Part shown: positions 20,627 through 29,633 of the stretch, piece by piece | Layout of the letters: the number at the start of each line of letters is the position of its first letter | Position numbering within the stretch: position 1 is the stretch's first letter | From: an uncultured delta proteobacterium | GTDB lineage: Bacteria; Desulfobacterota; DSM-4660; Desulfatiglandales; HGW-15 | Assembly: GCA_963815145.1 (NCBI GenBank) | Contig: CAWFFS010000027.1 | Coordinates: 126,769-190,768 of the forward strand | Direction: 5' to 3' | Length of the DNA stretch: 64,000 nucleotides | Translations under genes and position numbers: made by a program | Notes under the pieces: model-generated | The model's input: the letters and a program-made list of their open reading frames with translations, nothing else | Told to the model about the DNA's origin: nothing | The model's database searches: none

Positions 20627-20797
20627 ATGGGAATTTTTGAGAAAATAACTTCTGAATATGGCGGTTTCAAAATCATCACTGAGAAAATTGGACGTGAGAG
20701 GCTTGATCTATACAGTGACAGAGTTTATCAGCAATATTGCAACCTATTTGATAGTGCCACGTACTTAAAAAATGTAGAACGGGACGCTCTACAGTAA
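20627..20797 (+). pseudogene. Last cassette ORF, truncated by an orphan RAYT-type end at 20781
   Basis: The ORF runs into gggacgctctacagtaattcagttga. Confidence 0.5.
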
Positions 20798-21004
20798 TTC
20801 AGTTGAGAATAAGATATTGAATTTTGAAAGTAATTTCCCATCCTGCATTTTAAAAATATGAAAAAAAAGAAAACTCTCCTGAAAAACTGGATCTAAATTC
20901 CATGGATATTGTTTCGGAAGACAGGAATAAACTCAGGGGATTTTTTCTTTAACCACGAACTACGTCCGTCTTCGTAAAAGACATTCATACTTCAGTCTTC
21001 GCTA

Positions 21005-21178
21005 TGAAGCTACGCCCCGACAAGTCCGTCTTCACATAAATTTATGCCGGGATAAAATGGCGGGACAGGCGAAAAACACGAAATAAAAATAAAATATTTT
21101 TCCATATTTCAAAACTTCAGTTTGCTTCATCTATTTTCTGGGTCATATGGACTGAAATCGGAGTATCTATCGACTTTT
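21005..21178. repeat. ~175-bp dispersed repeat, copy 2
   Basis: Homologous to 6013-6186. Confidence 0.8.
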
Positions 21179-21312
21179 ATAACTCATGTGAAATTAACAT
21201 AATATCCAGCTAAATACATTGATTGATATTGATAAACCTTTTACAATATGCTCATTAAAAGCATGTAAAAGAATTTATCATAATTAAAAAAACTAAAATA
21301 GAGAGGTTTAAA

Positions 21313-21501
21313 ATGCTATCAGCAAAAGAGGAAACTATCCGACTCTTAAAGGAACTTCCGGACAATAGTACCTTTGAAGAAATCCAATATCATTTGTACG
21401 TTCGTCAGAAGATACAACGTGGTATCGAGGATATAGAAGATGGAAAAATATATTCTCAGGAAGATATGGAAAAACGGATGGGAAAATGGCGCGTAAAGTA
21501 A
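21313..21501 (+). CDS. Putative type II antitoxin
   Basis: 62 aa, LKELPDNSTFEEIQYHLYVRQKIQRG; overlaps the downstream RelE/ParE toxin. Confidence 0.8.
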   Translation: MLSAKEETIRLLKELPDNSTFEEIQYHLYVRQKIQRGIEDIEDGKIYSQEDMEKRMGKWRVK

Positions 21502-21794
21502 TCTGGGCCTATGCCGCGGAAGAGGATCTTGTCTCCGCCGCCGAGTATATTCATAAAGATTCTCCGGCATATGCGGCTTCTTTCGTTGACAGAGCTCTGG
21601 ATGCGGGCCGATCTCTGGATAAATTCGCAGAGCGGGGGCGTATTGTGCCGGAGCTTAATGAAGATAATATAAGGGAGATATTTGTATATAGCTATCGTCT
21701 TATTTATCGAATTGGAAATGATCAAATTTCCATCCTGGCATTAATTCACGGGCGTCGAGATTTTCAGCACGCCTGGGATGAAAAAGAACGTTAA
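21486..21794 (+). CDS. RelE/ParE-family toxin
   Basis: VIW...AEEDL...YI..DSP...GRIVPE....REIFVYSYRLIY...IHGRRD. Confidence 0.88.
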   Translation: MARKVIWAYAAEEDLVSAAEYIHKDSPAYAASFVDRALDAGRSLDKFAERGRIVPELNEDNIREIFVYSYRLIYRIGNDQISILALIHGRRDFQHAWDEKER

Positions 21795-22243
21795 CGACAC
21801 GAAAAGACTTGTTTCGGAAAACAGGGATAAACTCAGGAATCTTTTTTACCGCGAACCACACGGAATGCATAAAAGATATCTCCGCGATCCAGGTTATTTA
21901 AAAAACATCTGAAAACCGGTCGGGAATAAATCACGACCCTACGAAAGACAACTCGCCATCCGAAATTGTCAGCCGCCTTTCATAATGTGAAATCGGAAAT
22001 GGGATAGGGCAAGATAACTGATTGATATAAACCATAAAACTTCTGTTTTCACCCTATAAAACAGCTCTATATTGTGTAAAAAGCTTAGTGTCAGACCAAA
22101 TATCTTCTAAGGGGGATAGGTTTGTTGATTAACATGACAAATTATAGCATTGGTTGGCATAGTTTCATGACAGCATGCCAATCAGGTGACTTGCCTGTCC
22201 TTTTGTAATTCTTTTAGGCACATCAAGATTCCTGCTCCTTAAA

Positions 22244-22434
22244 ATGGTAAATGGGGACGCTGTTCGGTTATACGGTTGATAGAGTTATGGTAAATGGGGA
22301 CGCTGTTCGGTTATACGGTTGATAGAGTTATAGTATTCAGGTATTTATGACCCATGCCAAGACAATCTAGAATAGAGACGTCCGGCGCACTGCACAATAT
22401 CATGGCCAGAGGGATAGAAGGCGGGAAAATATTC
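22244..22434 (+). mobile_element. RAYT remnant: left end tandemly duplicated (2 x 43 bp, 22244-22329) plus the first 27 codons of the transposase (22354-22434)
   Basis: atggtaaatggggacgctgttcggttatacggttgatagagtt twice; MPRQSRIETSGALHNIMARGIEGGKIF. Confidence 0.8.
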
Positions 22435-23318
22435 AGTCCTTCGAGGTCGGACCAAGCTAACCTATTGGAACCAAAAAATATATGTTGAAAATCGCCTCGA
22501 ACTTAAGGCTTAAATAGCTCTTTTTAGGCATGAAAATGGAGATATAATAAAACATAAACGAATAGGGCTTGCCCTGTTAAATGCTGTTTTACAGCCCGCT
22601 TCGCGGATTTAACTATGTAAACCTTGATATCGGGCAAAAAGAGCGAGTTAGGGTATCAAATTTTTTTTAACTCTTATATGTTCCCGGAATCTTATACATC
22701 TTCCTTGATCCACCACTATTTATTTGATAGAAAATAACAACTTATCGAATAAAGAACACAGAGATCACGTCCCGGTTAAATAAATACTAAATGTGTTTAA
22801 CTGGATAAATCTTGATATTCGACGGATTCTTAACTTCTGTACCTCTTCGTTTTAGGCAGCATCTGTCCTATGTCCGGACCTGATCCCTTTTGACTATGAA
22901 ACATGATTTAAAGAGATGGAGATTATATAAATTGAAGAAGAAAAGCAGTGAAAGGAGAGAAAAGGTTTTTTTATTGCGTGAAAAAGGTATGACTTTCCGC
23001 GAGATCGGTATTCACTTTGGATTTAACCCCGCGAGGGCCAGGCAGATTTATATAAAAGCTAAGGAGGAAAAGGAGTTGCTTAATCGCAGTCCTTTTTCCT
23101 CACACCTTTCAGCACGTTCCCGGAATGCGTTACAACTGTATTTCAATGATGAAAATATAATTGATGATCCTGACACTGTTGCTAAACTCGGAAGGAAAAA
23201 GCTTAGCACTATCAGGAATATGGGTATTAAGTCTGTTGAAGAGATTTCAAAGATCCTGTATAAATTGGGTTGTATTAAAGATCCTGATTCTTGGTAGTAT
23301 ATATTTTCCGCCATTTAT
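22435..23318 (+). repeat. 884-bp direct repeat, copy 2
   Basis: Near-identical to 6973-7856. Confidence 0.95.
22890..23297 (+). CDS. Second copy of the HTH + alpha-CTD-like protein
   Basis: Differs from 7428-7835 by 2 aa (H>R, L>M). Confidence 0.75.
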   Translation: MTMKHDLKRWRLYKLKKKSSERREKVFLLREKGMTFREIGIHFGFNPARARQIYIKAKEEKELLNRSPFSSHLSARSRNALQLYFNDENIIDDPDTVAKLGRKKLSTIRNMGIKSVEEISKILYKLGCIKDPDSW

Positions 23319-23422
23319 GTTACTGAAAAAAAGAAACCACTGAAAATCGGTCGGGAATAAATCTCGACCCTACTAAAGACAAACCGGTTGAAATCTTCCT
23401 GATGATACTGAAAAAGGGGACA

Positions 23423-23472
23423 ACGTTCGTGCAGAGCGTGAAATGAAATAGTAATGCACGTCCAGCACGAAC
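23423..23472. repeat. REP-like hairpin, copy 2
   Basis: Matches 5397-5446. Confidence 0.75.
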
Positions 23473-23518
23473 ATCCCCCTCCATTTATATATACCTTTAT
23501 CTTTGATACAAAAGAAAA

Positions 23519-23547
23519 ACAGCCCGTGAACTTTTTTCACGGGCTGT
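23519..23547 (-). terminator. Rho-independent terminator
   Basis: acagcccgtgaa-ctttt-ttcacgggctgt with a T-run on the minus strand, after the MBL gene. Confidence 0.8.
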
Positions 23548-23550
23548 CTT

Positions 23551-24360
23551 TTATTTTGACAACGCTCTATAAAGTGCTTCCAGGTTCATGTTAAAGATAC
23601 CAGCCATTGGACCCTCTTTCGGAACATCGGCAAACTCCTTTGCGGCTACCACTTTTTTACGCACTTCTTCGATATCCAGCCCTTTATTTATTGCTCCGCC
23701 GACAAAATCCATCCACATTTGAATCATACCCTTCATGCGGTCAAAGGCGCTCTTATCAGTTACCTCACCATGCCCCGGAATAACATGATCAACATCCAGT
23801 TCACTCAAGCGATCAAGTGATTTTATCCACTCGTAAGGAACGGCATCTATAAATATTGGTATGGCAAGGTTTATATTATCGGAGGTAAAGAGGACCCTTT
23901 CTTCAGGGACATGTACTGCAAGCTGTTTTGGCGTATGACCGGGAGTAGAAAGTACTTTTATAGAATGATCACCGAGATATAAAACCACCTCTCCATCAAT
24001 GGAAATCTCGGGCGGCCTGAAATAGAATGTATGATCAGGTTTGGGGCTGTCAGGCGCCATCCATGAAAGCTCTCCGATAAGATCTTCAATTTTAGCATTT
24101 CTGAGAGCCTTTACAGATTCTTCCGTGCCTATGACTGTACCTCCCAGATAACAGCTTCCGCAATAATGATCTGTATGAGCCTCATTTATAATTACATATT
24201 TGACAGGAGCATGAGCCTCAATCTTATGTTTCCAGTTCATGGCTTCTACCGGTACCATTGGAGTGTCAATTACTACTGCCCCTTCTTTTGTTACTACAAA
24301 GCTTGAATTGCAACCATGGAAAGCTGTTTCAACATAAACATTTTCTGTGATCTTCTGCAT
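23551..24360 (-). CDS. MBL-fold metallo-hydrolase
   Basis: EAHTDH (variant of HxHxDH), PGHT, FTSD, PGHG. Confidence 0.88.
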   Translation of the reverse strand: MQKITENVYVETAFHGCNSSFVVTKEGAVVIDTPMVPVEAMNWKHKIEAHAPVKYVIINEAHTDHYCGSCYLGGTVIGTEESVKALRNAKIEDLIGELSWMAPDSPKPDHTFYFRPPEISIDGEVVLYLGDHSIKVLSTPGHTPKQLAVHVPEERVLFTSDNINLAIPIFIDAVPYEWIKSLDRLSELDVDHVIPGHGEVTDKSAFDRMKGMIQMWMDFVGGAINKGLDIEEVRKKVVAAKEFADVPKEGPMAGIFNMNLEALYRALSK

Positions 24361-24478
24361 ATGAAATTCTCTCCTGTTATAATATTATGGTCCGGGAATA
24401 AAAGACCGTATCCAGGTGCATGGTCTTTCATAGTTTTTCCTGCGCCTTGCGCCTTGCGCCCTGCGCCTGTCTTTTCAC

Positions 24479-25990
24479 CTACATAACAATACTTACTGTC
24501 TTTACCTCTGTATGATAATCAATCGCGGACTTTCCATTTTCTCTTCCGATACCCGAATGTTTGAAACCTCCAAATGGCAGATTTGGATCGGGAGGAAGTG
24601 TTGCGCCGTTTATCGTTATCATCCCTGCATCAACCATTGCAGCTGTCTTTATAGCGTTATTGAGGTTCGATGTCCAGATATTGGCGGCAAGACCATAGTT
24701 TGTGTCATTGGCCTCCGGGATAAGGTCTTCAAGCGTGTCAAAGGGCGTGGCTATCAGGACCGGCCCGAATATCTCCTCCCTGTATATGGCTGCATTCTTA
24801 TCAACATCCACAAATATGGTTGGTTTCACGAAATTACCCGGCCTGTCTATACCTTCACCGCCGGTTACCAGCCTGGCCCCGGAATCAATGCCCTTCTGCA
24901 TATACTCTAGGACCTTTGCCTTCTGCGATGCGTTGATGAGCGGGCCCATTTCATTTTCAGGATCCATCCCGGGGCCTATTTTCATAGTCTCTGCCCTGCT
25001 CTGGATTGCGCTTACTACTTCATCAAATTTTTTCTTCTGAACAAACAGCCTTGAGCCTGCAACACAGATCTGGCCGCAGTTCATATACACGCACATTGAG
25101 GCCTCAAATGGAGCTGATTTCATGTCTGCATCATCAAATATGATGCTGGGCGATTTCCCGCCCAGTTCAAGAGATATCCTCGTGAGATTTTCCATTGCGG
25201 CCTTTGCAATGCTTTTTCCTACTTCTGTCGAACCCGTGAAGGTTATCTTGTTTACCCTCGGGTCTGCCACCAGTCTTGAACCTGCAGTACTACCCGGTCC
25301 CTGTAATAGGTTTACAACCCCGTCGGGGAGCCCTGCCTCCTGGAGCAGTTCCATGAGCTTTGCTGCTATCAGGGGGGTATCAGAAGCCGGTTTTATAACC
25401 ATTGTACACCCTGTTGCAATGGCAGGTGCTACTTTGCTTACAAACATTGGCATTGGCGCATTCCATGGAATAACTGCAGCAACAACACCCACGGGCTGAC
25501 GCAGGGTATATGAGAACACCCTGTCAACATGAGGCAAAAGGGTCATTGGCTCCAGTGTTTCGCCTGCAATCTTTGTTGCAAGGCCTGCATAATATTTTGC
25601 GAAATTAATACCCATCATGCAGTGTCCCGGATCTGCCGCAGGTCTTCCCAGGTCCAGACACTCAATCTGGCAGAGCTCTTCACGATATTTATCGATAAGA
25701 TCGGCAAACCTGAGAAGAATATCCTGGCGTTCTGCTCCGGTCATCTTTTTCCAGGGTGAATTGTCAAAGGTCTCACGTGCTGCCGTAACAGCCATATCAA
25801 CATCTATTATATCGCTCTTGGATACATGGGCTACAACCTCATTTGTGGCAGGATCTTTTTTTTCAAAGGTTTCACCGCTTGCTGCGCTCTGCCATTTTCC
25901 GTTGATACAATTTTTGAATTCCTTTGAAAGAAAATTCCGGACCTGGGGCAGCAGGTCATATTCTGATACTGATAAAAATTTTTGTGGCAT
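24479..25990 (-). CDS. NAD-dependent aldehyde dehydrogenase
   Basis: PWNAP, FTGSTEVG, ELGGKSP, GQICVAG, EEIFGPV. Confidence 0.95.
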   Translation of the reverse strand: MPQKFLSVSEYDLLPQVRNFLSKEFKNCINGKWQSAASGETFEKKDPATNEVVAHVSKSDIIDVDMAVTAARETFDNSPWKKMTGAERQDILLRFADLIDKYREELCQIECLDLGRPAADPGHCMMGINFAKYYAGLATKIAGETLEPMTLLPHVDRVFSYTLRQPVGVVAAVIPWNAPMPMFVSKVAPAIATGCTMVIKPASDTPLIAAKLMELLQEAGLPDGVVNLLQGPGSTAGSRLVADPRVNKITFTGSTEVGKSIAKAAMENLTRISLELGGKSPSIIFDDADMKSAPFEASMCVYMNCGQICVAGSRLFVQKKKFDEVVSAIQSRAETMKIGPGMDPENEMGPLINASQKAKVLEYMQKGIDSGARLVTGGEGIDRPGNFVKPTIFVDVDKNAAIYREEIFGPVLIATPFDTLEDLIPEANDTNYGLAANIWTSNLNNAIKTAAMVDAGMITINGATLPPDPNLPFGGFKHSGIGRENGKSAIDYHTEVKTVSIVM

Positions 25991-26147
25991 CTAATATCCT
26001 CCTTATTTTTTAGTTAAATAGTTCTTCACCCGCTTTTAAATCCAGCAATATCAAGTTGATACACCTCACTCCTGTCTGAACAGGAATACCTGATTTCTTA
26101 AGATAAAAATGATTTTGCTATACGGAACCTTTTTTAATTTGAATCCT

Positions 26148-26165
26148 TGTATCAAATCCGATATA
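26148..26165. promoter_or_regulatory. Operator-like palindrome TGTATC-N6-GATATA
   Basis: One-mismatch copy of the motif, in the divergent ALDH/molybdoenzyme intergenic region. Confidence 0.5.
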
Positions 26166-26296
26166 ACAAGTAAAATTTTTTTTACTCTTTTTAGTGCAGG
26201 ATAGAAAGATTATGACAAGTGCTCTTTTAAGAATGATTTTTCGGTTTATCCTCCCTTTAAGAATTCGTGTCAAAACAGAAAGGAAACAGGATTTAG

Positions 26297-28738
26297 ATGG
26301 CTGATGATGGAATCATGAAAGTTCGTACTACAACATGGTCCGGCGGGCCGGGTTGTCATGGCGGATGCGGGGTTATCGCCCACATAAAGGATAATAAACT
26401 TATCAAGGTGGAAGGAGACCCGGAACATCCCATGAACAGGGGCAGGCTGTGTTCCAGATGTCTGGCAATGACACAGTTCGTGCATCACCCGGAAAGACTG
26501 ACAAGGCCCCTCAAACGTGCCGGTGAGAGGGGAGAAAACAAGTGGCAGGAGATTTCCTGGGATGAGGCATTTGATTATATCGAAAAAAAGATGAATAAAA
26601 TCAGGGATGAATACGGCCCTGAAAGCATGACCTTTTCAATGGGTACAGGCCGGGATGTAGGCGCCTGGATATGCATGCTTGCCTACGCCTATGGGAGCCC
26701 CAACGTATCATTCGCAATGAGCGGAAACGGATGCTATTCCCCAAGGATCGCAGCAACAGAAACAGTTATCGGTGATTACTGCGTTTTTGACGGGGGGCAG
26801 TGGCTTCCAAAGGGGCATGATGATCCGGGTTATGAAGTTCCCGAGTGCATAGTAGTGTGGGGATATAATATTCCCGCCTCGTGCCCTGACAATATATTCG
26901 GCCACTGGGTAACTGACCTGATGAAAAAGGGATCAAAACTTATAACCATTGACCCTCGTCTAAGTTTTTTTGCCTCACGCTCTGATAAATGGCTCCAGCT
27001 CAGGCCTGGCACGGACGGCGCCCTTGCTATGGGCTTTTTAAATATAATCATTAAAGAAAGACTCTATGATAAGGATTTTGTAGCAAAATGGACAAATGCC
27101 CCGCACCTGATAAGAATGGATACAGGAAAACTTATCAGGGAAAGCGATCTTGACCCAAATGGTGTGGTTGAAAATTTTGCAGTGTGGGATATAACAACCG
27201 GTAGACCTGTTATATGGGATTCAGGGCGTGCAGGTTATAAAAGCAATGTCGGTGAGGCTGCCCTTGAGGGGGTATTTGAAATTGAACTTGCTGATGGTAC
27301 AAAAATAAAGGCCACCACAGTATGGAGCGAGTTTTGCGCAAGAGCTGCGGAATATCCGGTTAAAAAAGTGGCTGCGATAACCTGGCTAAAGGAAAAGGAT
27401 ATTATCGATGCCGCGCATCTCTACGCAAAAAGCAAGCCCGCTACCATCCAGTGGGGTCTTGCCATTGATTCTACACCTGCAGTAACACCTACTGCCACGG
27501 CCATTGCAGCATTATGGAGCATTACGGGCAACCTGGATGTCCCGGGTGGAAATCCCATTGCACGATATGCCTATAATGCTGTTGCCTATGCGCTTCCGGG
27601 CGCCAAGGGTGTTATCAGGCTTGCGTCAAAAGAGATGGATAAAAAGCGTATAGGCTACAATGATTACGGCCCCTTCAGGGAATTTATCTGGAGGACCCAG
27701 ACCGATAAGATGCTCGACCAGATATTCTCGGAAGACCCGTACCCTGTTAAAGGCATGTGGCTCCAGTGCTGCAATCTTATCGGAGGGACGGGATATGACC
27801 CCAAGAAATGGGTGGAGGCACTGAAAAAACTGGACTTCGTGGCCGTCACTGATATCTTTATGACCCCCACATGCCAGATGGCCGACATTGTATTACCATC
27901 TACTTCATTCCTTGAAAAGGACAGCATCCGGAGCTGGTGGGTCCCCTTACAGACCATCAATAAGGCCATGACAGTGGATGAATGCAGGTCGCTGATAGAA
28001 ATAAATTTTGAACTTGCAAAAAGGTTTGATCCTGATCTCAGGTGGAAAACCATCTATGACCTGTTTGATGAAATCCTTGCACCTTCAGGCATGACATTCA
28101 AAGAGCTTCAGGAAAAGGGCTGGTCAATACCTCCGGACGGCAATTCCAGCACACCATATCATCGCCATGAACGGGGCCTTTTAAGGCATGACAAAAATCC
28201 CGGTTTCCAGACACGTTCAGGAAAAGTAGAGCTTTATTCAACCCTGAGAGAGGAATGGGGCCTGGAACCGATACCCTGCTATGAAGAACCGCCCTTTACA
28301 CCTGTCAGCAGGCCTGACCTTGCGAAAGAATATCCCCTGATCCTTTCAACAGGAAGGCGGTCGCCGGTCTTTTTTCTCTCGGAACATCGAAATATCCCGT
28401 GGCTGAGGGAAGCTGATCCTGACCCCGTGGTAGAAATACATCCGGATACGGCAAAATCCCTTGGTTTCGGAAACGGGGAATGGGTCTGGGTGGAAAACTG
28501 GATGGGAAGATGCAGGCTCAAGGCAAAGGTAACTCCCATTATTCCCAGATGGATGGTAATGGCTGCACACGGATGGTGGTTCCCTGAAAAGGACGGGGCC
28601 GAACCCTCGCTCTATGGCATGTGGGAGTCCAACATAAATCAACTGATGCCAATGGGTGCAAATGGAAAAGACGGCCTTGGGACGATTACAAAGCATCTGA
28701 TGTGCAGGATTTACAAGGTTTGCGGGGAGGATAAATAA
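26297..28738 (+). CDS. DMSO-reductase-family bis-MGD molybdo/tungsto-enzyme, catalytic subunit (acetylene hydratase / catechol dehydroxylase-like clade)
   Basis: WSGGPGCHGGC...GRLC Fe-S motif lacking the first Cys, GNGCYSPR, LRPGTDGALA, ADIVLP, C-terminal Molydop-binding domain; no Tat signal. Confidence 0.88.
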   Translation: MADDGIMKVRTTTWSGGPGCHGGCGVIAHIKDNKLIKVEGDPEHPMNRGRLCSRCLAMTQFVHHPERLTRPLKRAGERGENKWQEISWDEAFDYIEKKMNKIRDEYGPESMTFSMGTGRDVGAWICMLAYAYGSPNVSFAMSGNGCYSPRIAATETVIGDYCVFDGGQWLPKGHDDPGYEVPECIVVWGYNIPASCPDNIFGHWVTDLMKKGSKLITIDPRLSFFASRSDKWLQLRPGTDGALAMGFLNIIIKERLYDKDFVAKWTNAPHLIRMDTGKLIRESDLDPNGVVENFAVWDITTGRPVIWDSGRAGYKSNVGEAALEGVFEIELADGTKIKATTVWSEFCARAAEYPVKKVAAITWLKEKDIIDAAHLYAKSKPATIQWGLAIDSTPAVTPTATAIAALWSITGNLDVPGGNPIARYAYNAVAYALPGAKGVIRLASKEMDKKRIGYNDYGPFREFIWRTQTDKMLDQIFSEDPYPVKGMWLQCCNLIGGTGYDPKKWVEALKKLDFVAVTDIFMTPTCQMADIVLPSTSFLEKDSIRSWWVPLQTINKAMTVDECRSLIEINFELAKRFDPDLRWKTIYDLFDEILAPSGMTFKELQEKGWSIPPDGNSSTPYHRHERGLLRHDKNPGFQTRSGKVELYSTLREEWGLEPIPCYEEPPFTPVSRPDLAKEYPLILSTGRRSPVFFLSEHRNIPWLREADPDPVVEIHPDTAKSLGFGNGEWVWVENWMGRCRLKAKVTPIIPRWMVMAAHGWWFPEKDGAEPSLYGMWESNINQLMPMGANGKDGLGTITKHLMCRIYKVCGEDK

Positions 28739-29082
28739 TGGCAAAAAAACCGGAATACGGGCTTTTAATAGATTATGAATACTGCACAGGATGTTACGCC
28801 TGCCAGGTTGCCTGCGCCCAGGAATATAAATGGCCGGCAGGTATGGGCGGTATAAGGGTGATGGAAATAGTTGAAAACCTGCCCAATGACAAACACTATT
28901 TAAAGTTCATGCCCATGCCGACTGAATTATGCATCCTCTGCGCCGGAAGAACGAAAAGGGGCGAAAAGCCTGCCTGCGTACATACATGCATGTCTGCATG
29001 CATGAAATATGGAAGAATAGAAGATCTTGCGAAAGAGATAGACAAACCGAGGATGGTGCTCTGGGTTCCGAAGGGGGGATGA
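28738..29082 (+). CDS. 4Fe-4S subunit of the molybdoenzyme
   Basis: YGLLIDYEYCTGCYACQVAC, CILC, PACVHTC; translationally coupled. Confidence 0.9.
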   Translation: MAKKPEYGLLIDYEYCTGCYACQVACAQEYKWPAGMGGIRVMEIVENLPNDKHYLKFMPMPTELCILCAGRTKRGEKPACVHTCMSACMKYGRIEDLAKEIDKPRMVLWVPKGG

Positions 29083-29096
29083 TGGAAAAGACGCAA

Positions 29097-29144
29097 AGCG
29101 CATAGGGCATAGCGCATAGGGCATAGCGCATGGTGCATAGCGCA
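29097..29144 (+). repeat. Heptamer tandem repeat (GSGCATA)n
   Basis: gcgcata gggcata gcgcata gggcata...; inverted counterpart at 29561-29626. Confidence 0.85.
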
Positions 29145-29234
29145 AAGGAATTCATTGTAACAGAAGGTTCCCCTTCCACACGGTGAATCCTGGATCATAT
29201 ATTACAAATAATAGTAGGGGCAACCCCCTGTGGT

Positions 29235-29432
29235 CAATGTTGTTGACTTAAGAAATAAGGTCTCAGAAAGTCCCCCTCCCCTGCCTGCCGGGGCGTAGCT
29301 TTAGCGAAGACTGGGCGGGAGGGGATAGGGAGGGGGAAGCGATAAGACATGGAACTGCTATTTTACCACCCTCTCCCAACCTCTCCCATCAAGGGAGAGG
29401 AGTCTGATTCAGCGCTTAATTCAACAACATTG
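29235..29432. mobile_element. 198-bp MITE with 18-bp TIRs and an 11-bp target-site duplication (IS4-like ends)
   Basis: caatgttgttgacttaag / cttaattcaacaacattg (1 mismatch); TSD ccccctgtggt at 29224-29234 and 29433-29443. Confidence 0.88.
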
Positions 29433-29560
29433 CCCCCTGTGGTTGCCCAGTAAGAACCCCATTTAAAAGTCAGGACAGGCAACCGCCTCAGCTCAGCAAA
29501 TGCTGCTGTCTGTCAGGCAGGGACCTGCCCACAGATTCTAACCATGCTGTTTTCCACATA

Positions 29561-29626
29561 CGCTATGCGCTATACACTATGCTCTATGCGCTATGCGCTA
29601 TGCGCTATGCGCTATGCGCTATGCGC
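29561..29626 (-). repeat. Heptamer tandem repeat (GCTATGC)n
   Basis: About 9 units; reverse complement of the 29097 array. Confidence 0.85.
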
Positions 29627-29633
29627 TTTTTTC

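Larger units (their letters stand above)
8708..20780 (+). mobile_element. Integron gene-cassette array lacking an integron integrase (CALIN), array 1
   Basis: Co-oriented ORFs separated by attC hairpins; in most intact cassettes R'' is complementary to the preceding R'. Confidence 0.93.

Noticed and set aside
22244..22329. 43-bp tandem repeat as a mini CRISPR array
   Set aside because: Two directly adjacent copies with no spacer and no cas genes; it is a duplicated RAYT left end.
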